From Escherichia coli (GTDB taxonomy: Bacteria > Pseudomonadota > Gammaproteobacteria > Enterobacterales > Enterobacteriaceae), in the NCBI RefSeq assembly GCF_030013205.1, contig NZ_CP122648.1: 64,000 nucleotides of DNA; one strand, given 5' to 3'. Under the pieces are notes generated by a model. The model was given only the letters and a program-made list of their open reading frames with translations. It was not told where the DNA came from and ran no database searches. A program made the position numbers and the translations under genes. Shown here piece by piece: positions 37,019 through 44,954 of this stretch (positions within the stretch are counted from its first letter, which is position 1; every line of letters begins with the position of its first letter).

Positions 37019-38252
37019 CGCTCTGACCGTTACAAAAAGAGAAAGCGCCCCGTTGCCGGAGCGCCTTTGTGAACGAATAGCCTACTGCGCCATATTGCTT
37101 ACTGTCTACGAGGCAGATTATAGCGTTGTGGTCGCACAGAGTGAAGGCGCTGATCACCGTTACTACAGCACGCCAGAAATGCAGAATATTTTGCTGCAAA
37201 ATGCCGTTGGTCACGCCGTCCGGAAAGCAAAAAATTTTGCTGGTGGCGCGACTGATGCGATTTTGTCAGGTCGCCAGGTGCTGATCAATCTGATGTCTGA
37301 TTTCGTTCTGGATAAAACAAAGGCGACCGCAGAGGGTCGCCAGTGGGTATTACGGCAAATCAAACTTGAACGCATCACCAACAATGCCACATTTGCGGCT
37401 GGTGGGCAATGTGATCAGTCAGATTTGGTTCGTTCCAGGGTTTGCAACGAGAGCTTTTTCCTGCGCTCTTTAAGGAATTTCTCAAGAGCAAACGAACAAG
37501 GTGCGAATCTTTCTGATTCATGCTCTATCTTTCTGCGCCGTCTTTTCCGTGTCGGTGATAATGTTTTGGTCAATTCTTTATCGGTCATTGTGTTGTCCTG
37601 CATAGCAATGCGCCGTAGTTACTCACACCACGGCGCTGATAGTGATTATTCTGATTCTTTGGCCTTCCGGCGCTGTTCATATTTTAATTTGCGTCCACAG
37701 GCATCTAAGACCCATGCGGAAAAATTAGCACTAGGATTAGTTAATTTTTCTTGTTCAACGCTGGCATCAATCCCATCTATAAGCTCATGTGGGAATCGAA
37801 TATTTTTCTTTGCTGATTTGTTGTTTGTGTTACCGCTAGACATTGATGCACCTCACTTAAATGGACTTTATGGGCGCACACAATACAGCAAAAAAAATGA
37901 GATGTTAAGTATTGACATGTGCGCACACATGATTTTAATCTGTGCGCACAGTTTGAGTTTTGTCACTCAAATTAAGCAACGCCCCGCAGTGCTCGCAACA
38001 CATGCAGGGCGTCTAACCACCAACGATAGCAAGAGTATCGAGGTAGCTATGAGAAATCATACCACACACCCGCAAGGGCGGGACTCGCACAACCTGAATA
38101 AATATATCTGGCGTTTTATCGCCCTGAGCACCGCACAACCGCGCGTGATTCACATCGTGGCCACCAGCGAACAGGAAGCACGCCAGCAATCTCCTGATGG
38201 CTGCGTGATGGTATTCGCTGCCCGTATTCGTCAGGGGGTAAGTCATGCATAA
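37011..38252 (+). CDS. doubtful 413-codon open frame, translationally coupled to the antirepressor gene
   Basis: ATG overlaps the upstream stop (ATGTGTAA); first ~130 codons look protein-like, the rest is low-complexity and overlaps two minus-strand ORFs and a promoter/operator region. Confidence 0.25.
   Translation: MCNALTVTKRESAPLPERLCERIAYCAILLTVYEADYSVVVAQSEGADHRYYSTPEMQNILLQNAVGHAVRKAKNFAGGATDAILSGRQVLINLMSDFVLDKTKATAEGRQWVLRQIKLERITNNATFAAGGQCDQSDLVRSRVCNESFFLRSLRNFSRANEQGANLSDSCSIFLRRLFRVGDNVLVNSLSVIVLSCIAMRRSYSHHGADSDYSDSLAFRRCSYFNLRPQASKTHAEKLALGLVNFSCSTLASIPSISSCGNRIFFFADLLFVLPLDIDAPHLNGLYGRTQYSKKNEMLSIDMCAHMILICAHSLSFVTQIKQRPAVLATHAGRLTTNDSKSIEVAMRNHTTHPQGRDSHNLNKYIWRFIALSTAQPRVIHIVATSEQEARQQSPDGCVMVFAARIRQGVSHA
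37415..37603 (-). CDS. small basic hypothetical protein
   Basis: 62-aa Lys/Arg/Glu-rich ORF downstream of the YlcI-like ORF on the same strand. Confidence 0.4.
   Translation of the reverse strand: MQDNTMTDKELTKTLSPTRKRRRRKIEHESERFAPCSFALEKFLKERRKKLSLQTLERTKSD
37646..37843 (-). CDS. YlcI/YnfO-family (DUF3950-like) small protein
   Basis: 65-aa ORF with NIRFPHELIDGID...NFSAWVLDACGRKL, matching the prophage YlcI/YnfO pattern as I recall it. Confidence 0.55.
   Translation of the reverse strand: MSSGNTNNKSAKKNIRFPHELIDGIDASVEQEKLTNPSANFSAWVLDACGRKLKYEQRRKAKESE
37868..37951. promoter_or_regulatory. divergent promoter region with three GCGCACA operator-like sites
   Basis: GGGCGCACACAAT; TTGACA immediately followed by GTGCGCAC (8-bp palindrome); perfect 12-bp palindrome CTGTGCGCACAG. 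Confidence 0.6.
38049..38252 (+). CDS. small hypothetical protein (possibly Icd-like)
   Basis: 67-aa ORF MRNHTTHPQGRDSHNLNKYIWRFIALSTAQPRVIHIVATSEQEARQQ... with SD GAGG 5 nt upstream; the Icd-like assignment is a weak memory-based guess. Confidence 0.4.
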   Translation: MRNHTTHPQGRDSHNLNKYIWRFIALSTAQPRVIHIVATSEQEARQQSPDGCVMVFAARIRQGVSHA

Positions 38253-38610
38253 CCTGTCAATTTCTGACCTTAACTGCATTCAGTTTGACGAGAAATTTAC
38301 CGGGCAGCTACTGGTCCATGTGGAGAACGGGCGCATAGTGCGTAATTACCACCTGCCGGATGGTGCAATTGCCGGAAGTGTTGAAGCATTGCTGGAACTG
38401 GCAGAGCGTGCGCGACTGATTAATCCGTCAACGTGCTATCACGATGATGATCTGCATTTTACCGGACGCATGGTGAGCCATTATGAAAACGGCGTTGAGG
38501 TATCCCGCGAACGTATGCGTGATGATTGCTGTTTCGGCACACTGCCGGAATTTATCGAGTTGCTGACCAGTTGCGGTTATCAGGTTATTCAGGGGGTGAA
38601 TTATGGATAA
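38245..38610 (+). CDS. hypothetical protein (paralogue A)
   Basis: 121-aa ORF with SD AGGGGG; shares a FTGxLLV...G...L motif with the next ORF. Confidence 0.55.
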   Translation: MHNLSISDLNCIQFDEKFTGQLLVHVENGRIVRNYHLPDGAIAGSVEALLELAERARLINPSTCYHDDDLHFTGRMVSHYENGVEVSRERMRDDCCFGTLPEFIELLTSCGYQVIQGVNYG

Positions 38611-38803
38611 TCAGCAAGCAACAATGACAATTACCCTGAGTGCGCCAGATGATTTCACCGGACGCATACTGGTTTACCTGGATAAAGGAAAAGTGAAATC
38701 ACAATGCCGACTGAAAAGTAATGAGATTGTTGGTTCTCCTGAATTTTTTTCTGAACTCTGTATTCGTGCGGAAATAAAACCGGAACTGCTGACAGGAAAA
38801 TAA
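38603..38803 (+). CDS. hypothetical protein (paralogue B)
   Basis: 66-aa ORF overlapping the upstream stop; PDDFTGRILVYLDKGKV... parallels DEKFTGQLLVHVENGRI... in the previous ORF. Confidence 0.5.
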   Translation: MDNQQATMTITLSAPDDFTGRILVYLDKGKVKSQCRLKSNEIVGSPEFFSELCIRAEIKPELLTGK

Positions 38804-38807
38804 AACC

Positions 38808-39098
38808 ATGAAAAAGAAAAATTCTGGCTTTACTGCCAGCGGCCTCTCTCGGCCTGAAATCCGCCCCGGTGATATTTTCCGGGACACCAGACGCGGGGGA
38901 CGGGTGGTTATTCGTCACGTTACGCCAGGCAATATCACCTACCGCCGTGAGGCTTACGAATATGACTGCGTAATGCCGCGCCGTCAGTTTGATCGTGATT
39001 TTATTCTGGTGGAAAACAAACAACTGGCAGTGGCGAGACGTGCAGCCACGAATATTAAAAAAATCCGGGCAATGTTGGTTGCGGGAGGTAAGAAGTGA
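38808..39098 (+). CDS. hypothetical protein
   Basis: 96-aa ORF; stop overlaps the start of the replication gene. Confidence 0.5.
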   Translation: MKKKNSGFTASGLSRPEIRPGDIFRDTRRGGRVVIRHVTPGNITYRREAYEYDCVMPRRQFDRDFILVENKQLAVARRAATNIKKIRAMLVAGGKK

Positions 39099-40507
39099 AA
39101 AACGCACCGAGTCTAAAATATCAGCCGAAGGATAAATTCACTGAGGTAATCATTTTTGCCGGGACGGATGCTTACGCCCATGCTCAACACTGGATTGAAA
39201 GTGAAGGACGAAAACACGGCGATAACGTGCCTCCTGTTTACCTGGGGCCAAAGCAACTGGCAGACCTGGCGAATATCCGCATTATTGACGAGAAACGCCG
39301 TTTTGCGCGTGTCTATATCGCGGGGGAGATAGAGCCAATCCAGATCAATACTATCGCTGAAAAGCTGGCGCTGGCTGGCGTACAGGAGGCGAAATTATAC
39401 AAAGGTATCACCGACCAGGAACCGGAGAACTGGCGCGACTACCTGCAACGGATCCGCGAACAGGCTGAGCGCGAAGAAATGCTTACTGACGAGCAATACA
39501 GCCAGCGAAAAACCACGCTACCAATGAGCATTGGATCGGAAGGATACGATTCACAGCTTAGCTATGTGGTTAAGGGTGTGATTCCGGCTAATTCGTTGTG
39601 CAGCACATACGGTGCGAGCGGTTCTTATAAGTCGTTCCTTGCGTGTTCGTGGGCGTGTCATGTTGCTACCGGTATCCCGTGGGGAGGTCGCAGGGTTGTA
39701 CATGGTGCGGTGATGTATGTCGTTGGTGAGGGCGGGATCGGTGTTCCTCGTCGTATCAAGGCATGGGAACTGGTGAACAGTGAGCAGGTGAAAAATCTGT
39801 ACCTGGTAAATCGTCCAATTTTTCCGGCCGCACCGAGTGATGTTGATGAAATGGTTATTGCTGCCCGACAGGTTGAGCAGGAAACGGGTAAACCTGTACG
39901 CATGATTATTCTGGATACTCTGGCGCGTTGCTTTGGTGGCAGCGATGAAAATGATGCGCGGGATATGGGGGCATTTGTCCATGGATGTGACGAACTGAAA
40001 CGGCGTACAGGCGCTACAGTGCTGGTAATTCACCATTCCGGCAAGGATGAAACAAAGGGTGCGCGCGGTTCCAGTGCGTTTCGTGCAGCACTGGATGCAG
40101 AGTACCGGATACGCCGTGAAGGTGCAGGCAGTGAAGCCCTGGTTATCGCATGTACCAAGATGAAGGATGCGGAGGAACTGAAAGAAATGGCTTGCGATTT
40201 GCGCGAGGTTGAGCTTTTCAAGGATGAAGGCGGGGAGTTAATCACGTCATTGGTGCTGGAGGATAAGCCCCGTCCGCCAGTTGAACTGGAGCGCATCGAG
40301 TACGCTGCTAACAAGACAGAGAATCACGTCGCGCTATGGGGCTGTATCCGTTCACGCACGCAACGCGGAGATAAATGCACTATCCCGTTGTTGCGCGATG
40401 ACATGAAAAAGCTGGGGTATGAGATGAAACACTTCCGGCGCTGGCTGTACAAGCTGGAAGGTGACGGCGTAATCACTATTGACGGTGATGACGTGCGCCC
40501 ACTGTAA
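39095..40507 (+). CDS. replication initiator / helicase-like protein (RecA/DnaB-like ATPase)
   Basis: SD GGGAGG then GTG; Walker A-like GASGSYKSF, Walker B-like MIILDTLARCF, IHHSGKDETKGARGSSA; immediately followed by an iteron region. Confidence 0.7.
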   Translation: MKNAPSLKYQPKDKFTEVIIFAGTDAYAHAQHWIESEGRKHGDNVPPVYLGPKQLADLANIRIIDEKRRFARVYIAGEIEPIQINTIAEKLALAGVQEAKLYKGITDQEPENWRDYLQRIREQAEREEMLTDEQYSQRKTTLPMSIGSEGYDSQLSYVVKGVIPANSLCSTYGASGSYKSFLACSWACHVATGIPWGGRRVVHGAVMYVVGEGGIGVPRRIKAWELVNSEQVKNLYLVNRPIFPAAPSDVDEMVIAARQVEQETGKPVRMIILDTLARCFGGSDENDARDMGAFVHGCDELKRRTGATVLVIHHSGKDETKGARGSSAFRAALDAEYRIRREGAGSEALVIACTKMKDAEELKEMACDLREVELFKDEGGELITSLVLEDKPRPPVELERIEYAANKTENHVALWGCIRSRTQRGDKCTIPLLRDDMKKLGYEMKHFRRWLYKLEGDGVITIDGDDVRPL

Positions 40508-40900
40508 AAAGTGGGTAGCAAAAGTGGGGAGAGTGAGCAATGAGAGCCAAAGAAGCTATTTTTCCCCACTTTTAAACCTCTATATATACGCAAAAGTGGG
40601 GAGTGAAAAATTCAAAATAAAACAATGAATTATCAACTCGTGGAATCCCAATTTTTGGCGTGGTGAGAAATTGAAAAAGTGGGTAATAAAAATGGGTAGT
40701 GATGGGTAAATGAAAACTATGTGATGAAAGCAATAGGAAGATTAAAAAACAATCAATGCAATGTATTAACTAAAAATTAACTATTTACCCCACTTTTGCG
40801 TATATATAGAGGTTTAAAAGTGGGGGCTTAAAAATATATTTAAAATCATATTGTTATTAACTTCATAAATTCCCACCGGACAACGAGTGGGGAATTAAAA
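40508..40900. repeat. putative origin of replication: AAAGTGGG(G/T)A iterons plus two inverted 38-bp elements
   Basis: at least 8 iteron copies in both orientations; 40564-40601 is the exact reverse complement of 40788-40825; AT-rich spacers. Confidence 0.7.
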
Positions 40901-40909
40901 AAATTAGGA

Positions 40910-41692
40910 ATGTTAAAAATGAAAACAGAACGTTACATACCTCAGGGTATGACTTACATAGAGCGTGAAGAACTGAAAAGTTTTGCGACATCATGTGGAC
41001 TACGCGGCGATATTCAGAGCCTTACCAGAACTCTGATAATGATTGCGCACTGGATGAGGCAGGGTAAGCCAGTGAGCTTCACAGAATACGCCAGCCAGTG
41101 GACAGAGGCACAGCGCGAACGGGACGACGGTAATCACTCAACGCCTGAAATGGCGAAGCAATGGCCTTTCAGTGGCAAACGGTGCATTTATCCCAGGTGC
41201 TCCGATTACTACCCATACGGAACGGAAAGAGAACATCAGGATGACGAAACGGAAATTAAACACGCAGTAACGGTAATTCTTGCCAAATACCCGTTTTTTA
41301 ACCGCAATGGTCTTGTTCGGTATAGCCGTGACAAGCCATGGGAGCACCCGCTTGATTATGTCTGTTTTATGGAGGAGGCAAAAAGCTGTTTGCGCTGGAT
41401 AAGGGAGAACAATCTTACCGACTGCAAAATTGCATCATTCCCCGGTAAAAATCCGACATCCTACGGCCTGAAACATTGTGTTGAACGGGCGAATCAAATA
41501 AGAGCAAAGGCAAACGGAAAACCCACGGAGCCGATGTATATCACAAACGGTGCTCTAATTGCCGCAATGGTCGCGGCTGGTTATCAGATAAAGCCTGAAG
41601 GAAGGATGAATTGCCGATTCAATATTTCGCGTAAGCAGCTTAAGAGTGTATTGAGCGGGGAATCTTACAAATCAGGAGAGTGGGCGATATAA
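40910..41692 (+). CDS. hypothetical protein (Cys-containing, 260 aa)
   Basis: 260-aa ORF directly after the iteron region; no family recognised. Confidence 0.55.
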   Translation: MLKMKTERYIPQGMTYIEREELKSFATSCGLRGDIQSLTRTLIMIAHWMRQGKPVSFTEYASQWTEAQRERDDGNHSTPEMAKQWPFSGKRCIYPRCSDYYPYGTEREHQDDETEIKHAVTVILAKYPFFNRNGLVRYSRDKPWEHPLDYVCFMEEAKSCLRWIRENNLTDCKIASFPGKNPTSYGLKHCVERANQIRAKANGKPTEPMYITNGALIAAMVAAGYQIKPEGRMNCRFNISRKQLKSVLSGESYKSGEWAI

Positions 41693-41703
41693 CGGCAATA
41701 ACG

Positions 41704-42246
41704 ATGGGGCAAAGCATGACTAAGCTGACCATTAACAGAAAACCTAAAGGCATTTACGGCACGCCGCAGAAAACGACGCAGGCGGCGCAGGAGCAGGATA
41801 AAACCACGTCGGCGCATAAAGTGATGCCCGGTAACCAGAAAGCGCAGCAGAAGCCCACAGGGGCGACACCGTGGCGGCATATGACCAAGCGCCAGCGCAA
41901 AAACCGCAGGCGCGTTAACCGCCTTATCGAACTGTGGCCAGAATTATTCAGCCGGGAAGCACCGAAGCCGCTTAAGGTGGGGATATTTGACGACCTGATG
42001 CAGGATCTCGCCGTCAGGGGGCTGGCATTCGGGCCAGGGGCATTACGTGCGACGCTGGCATCTTATGCGCAGTGTCCGCGCTATTACCGCGCCTTAATGG
42101 CTGGTGGGGTACGCTACGACCTGAAAGGCCAGCCGTGCGGCGAGGTGACACCACAGGAACAACAGGACGCAGAAACGCGGCTGGTGGCGCTGAATGAGAA
42201 GCGCAAACGTCAGCGCCGGGCAGCAAAGGAGAAAACAGGCGCATGA
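41704..42246 (+). CDS. ProQ/FinO-family RNA-binding protein-like
   Basis: central region RLIELWPELFSREAPKPLKVGIFDDLMQDL...RYYRALMAGGVRYDLKGQPCGEV resembles the FinO/ProQ fold; start uncertain (41680 GTG, 41704 or 41716 ATG). Confidence 0.55.
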   Translation: MGQSMTKLTINRKPKGIYGTPQKTTQAAQEQDKTTSAHKVMPGNQKAQQKPTGATPWRHMTKRQRKNRRRVNRLIELWPELFSREAPKPLKVGIFDDLMQDLAVRGLAFGPGALRATLASYAQCPRYYRALMAGGVRYDLKGQPCGEVTPQEQQDAETRLVALNEKRKRQRRAAKEKTGA

Positions 42247-42530
42247 TTCACGACAGCAAAGCGGAAGCACTGGAAGCGCGTGGTCTGTACCGGAGAGCGG
42301 CGGCGCGGTGGGCTGAGGTCATCATGCTGGCGAATGATGACAAGGCACGGGAACAGGCGGCAAAACGTCGCGCGGAATGTATCCACAAGGCAGCACGCCC
42401 ACCAGCAAGGCAGGATAATTTCGGGGAGATGCGCGAAACCATCAGCCGGGCACATGCCGGAATGGGATTACATCAGCCCAATGGTAAGGCATTCAGGAAA
42501 TATCCTGGATCGAAAAATTGCAGTCAGTGA
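42243..42530 (+). CDS. PerC-family transcriptional activator-like
   Basis: 95-aa ORF MIHDSKAEALEARGLYRRAAARWAEVI..., ATG overlaps the upstream stop; the PerC assignment is from memory. Confidence 0.5.
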   Translation: MIHDSKAEALEARGLYRRAAARWAEVIMLANDDKAREQAAKRRAECIHKAARPPARQDNFGEMRETISRAHAGMGLHQPNGKAFRKYPGSKNCSQ

Positions 42531-42535
42531 CGGAG

Positions 42536-42606
42536 GCCGGGATTTTTCCCGGCTTTTTTGTGCCAGTAAAAAGCCCGCAGCCAGAAGTGTTGCGGGCTTT
42601 GTTTTT
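42536..42606 (+). terminator. two tandem rho-independent terminators
   Basis: GCCGGGA-TTTT-TCCCGGC plus T6, then AAGCCCGCA...TGCGGGCTT plus TGTTTTT. Confidence 0.7.
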
Positions 42607-42731
42607 CAGGTGATTGAAGTCAATGGGAAGAACGCGATCATCATGCGTTATCGTTTCATAAATTGCAATGATGTAGATCGTCATTTCAGTTTGTGCAATC
42701 ATAATCGTTGTTTTGTTCAGGAGATATGACT

Positions 42732-42905
42732 ATGAGAAAAGCCAGCGTGAAACCCGTTTTACTCGCTCGTGAGCAGATTGAAGCATTACAGCGCATCCAG
42801 GACGAGGAACGCCGCAATTCTCCGCTGGGGATTGCTCCGAGCATTCATGAGGTCGCCCGGCGTTTAATGCAGCGGGCGCTTTATCCCGTAGAACGTCCGG
42901 CCTGA
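42732..42905 (+). CDS. small hypothetical protein
   Basis: 57 codons from ATG 42732, SD CAGGAGA 7 nt upstream. Confidence 0.45.
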   Translation: MRKASVKPVLLAREQIEALQRIQDEERRNSPLGIAPSIHEVARRLMQRALYPVERPA

Positions 42906-42943
42906 TGGTCGTGATTTTTTGGTGAAAAAGAGAGGTGGTAAAA

Positions 42944-43528
42944 ATGCCAGCAAGCAAAGAAGATTTGCGATTAAAACTGATGGAGGTGGTTAACGCTCTG
43001 TCAGAGTCGCAGGGCAGCACTCCGCAGGAGATTATCGAAATTCTGAATGCGATCCCCGCACAGGATTTCACAAAAGCGGACGAGGATGACGCGAATAAAA
43101 ACATCGTCGCGTCAGTCGAAGATGAATCCTCACTGGCAGAAGCCCAGGCTAAAGCGGATTCCGCATACAGCAATATGGGCCGTCGAGCTCCGGCCCCGTT
43201 TGCTGGTGAAAAGTCGATGGATTACCGCAAGCGTGCATTAATTGGTGCACAGAAGCTGGCTAAAAAATTCAGTGATGTGGATATTCGTTCCGTTTCAGAT
43301 TCTGCAACGCTGGCGGTGCTGGAAGATCAGATTTACCAGGCTGCAAAAGACAGTGTTCAGTGGGCTGTGGAAAATACGCCGGGCTATTTGCGTAAAACCG
43401 TAAGAATGGATGAAGCCGGACGGCGGATTACTGAATATCAGGGGGATCCGAATAACTGGCTTAGTGCTTTCAAAATCCCTCCCCGTCGCCTGGTCAAAAT
43501 TAACACTGCAAGCCTCGCGGGGGCATGA
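42944..43528 (+). CDS. hypothetical acidic protein
   Basis: about 194 aa from ATG 42944 with SD AGAGGTGG; acidic, probably helical. Confidence 0.5.
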   Translation: MPASKEDLRLKLMEVVNALSESQGSTPQEIIEILNAIPAQDFTKADEDDANKNIVASVEDESSLAEAQAKADSAYSNMGRRAPAPFAGEKSMDYRKRALIGAQKLAKKFSDVDIRSVSDSATLAVLEDQIYQAAKDSVQWAVENTPGYLRKTVRMDEAGRRITEYQGDPNNWLSAFKIPPRRLVKINTASLAGA

Positions 43529-43592
43529 AAAACGTGCTGAGTTCAGCCCTGCCGGATTTGGCGGGGCTTATTGCTTATAACCGGATAACATT

Positions 43593-44276
43593 ATGCTTTT
43601 AACAGAAATTGAGGCGGCGAAGCAGATTCGGGACGGACAGCTACCGTCGCCTTATCAGTTTTCCAACATGTGGCTGGTTAACCTGCGTATCACAGGAACC
43701 GGAATGGCCTACCGCGCCGAAGAAAAAGAATTTGTCTGGCGTTCACCGCAAACTTATCTCAATCCGCAGTTCCTGGAACGTTGCGCCGGAGTACCCGTCA
43801 TTATCGACCATCCCGAAAGCAAAACCCTTGAAGACGTGGGCGAACGGTCGCGCATTATTGGCACCGTCATGTTGCCGTATATTCGCGGTGACGAGGTGTG
43901 GGGCGTATGCCGGATTTACGGACAGGAAATCATCGATTACATCCAGAAAGCCCGAGGGGAGGTATCCACCAGTCCGTCGGTTGTGTTTTGTGGTGCCTCA
44001 GGTGGGGCAGAAGTTCCTGATGTAATGGGCGAGGACAATTTTTTTATTGAGGGTACGCCATTTCTTATCGATCACGTTGCGCTCGTGCCGCTTGGTGTTT
44101 GGGATAAGGGCGGGAAACCATCGGGCGTGGAAGTAACAACGCCGACAGCAGAAGAACAGCTTGCCGGAATGGTCCGGGACGTTATTGATGCGGCCTGCAA
44201 GCCAGCTCTGGAAAAACTGGAAGAAATATCCGGGCGGCTGGATCAACTGGAAAAAAACAGAGTGAGTGAATCATGA
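43593..44276 (+). CDS. hypothetical protein
   Basis: 227-aa ORF; stop overlaps the next start. Confidence 0.55.
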   Translation: MLLTEIEAAKQIRDGQLPSPYQFSNMWLVNLRITGTGMAYRAEEKEFVWRSPQTYLNPQFLERCAGVPVIIDHPESKTLEDVGERSRIIGTVMLPYIRGDEVWGVCRIYGQEIIDYIQKARGEVSTSPSVVFCGASGGAEVPDVMGEDNFFIEGTPFLIDHVALVPLGVWDKGGKPSGVEVTTPTAEEQLAGMVRDVIDAACKPALEKLEEISGRLDQLEKNRVSES

Positions 44277-44890
44277 AAATTGCTAAAAACTTAAATCTGA
44301 TTATCCCTGTGCGCACTGAAAAGGGTAATGGCTGGCTCCATGCCACGCCGATCAGCAAAGAGGTGTTTAAAGAGCATTTCTTCATCCTGAGTAAAACCTT
44401 TTCTGCCATTTTTTCTGAAGGTCTTGGTGTTGTTGCGGGTCCGCGCGTTGCCTGCCTTATGCTGGAGAAAATCTCCCGTGACTCCGGTTTATGGGATGGG
44501 GAGAAAGGCATACGTAATACGCTCATAAACGAAATTATTCGCCTGGCAAACCTTGTTTATCCAGTGGAGGGCAAAGGCTACGACACAATCCCTCTCGATA
44601 TGGCGCTGGAGCGTGAAATCGTTGATTTGGACGAAGTGGCGGGTGAACTTGTTTTTTTTACATGCGTCTCGTCGATAAATTCCCCGGAGCAGACGAAGGG
44701 GACTATGGATGCGGTGAATGGAATATGGAGCACTCAATGCTCGTCCTTGAGTCTTACGGAATGGATCGATTCATTGCCGACATTGAAGCCTGCCGTCAGT
44801 TCTGGCGCGACGGCGAACACGTCATCAGCGACATCCTCGACTACTCAGCCGGAGCCGGATTCAGAGACATCTGTGCAGATTCCGGTCTGA
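44273..44890 (+). CDS. hypothetical protein; 3' end uncertain
   Basis: 205-aa ORF with low-complexity Ser/Thr-rich tail; alternative frame 44662-44955 is open across the same region. Confidence 0.4.
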   Translation: MKIAKNLNLIIPVRTEKGNGWLHATPISKEVFKEHFFILSKTFSAIFSEGLGVVAGPRVACLMLEKISRDSGLWDGEKGIRNTLINEIIRLANLVYPVEGKGYDTIPLDMALEREIVDLDEVAGELVFFTCVSSINSPEQTKGTMDAVNGIWSTQCSSLSLTEWIDSLPTLKPAVSSGATANTSSATSSTTQPEPDSETSVQIPV

Positions 44891-44954
44891 ATGTAAAAAC
44901 AGCAGCTCAGTTTCGTGAGCTGCTCAAATTCAAAAATCCCGCAGGAGTATTGTA

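Noticed and set aside
38655-40593. Minus-strand ORFs of 80-160 codons overlapping the island genes at 38808-40507
   Set aside because: They are antisense to a coupled plus-strand operon with good SDs and have low-complexity Ser/Arg-rich translations.
40508-40900. Repeat cluster considered as a possible CRISPR array
   Set aside because: Repeats are 9-10 bp, in both orientations, with irregular AT-rich spacing and no cas genes nearby; the pattern fits replication iterons.
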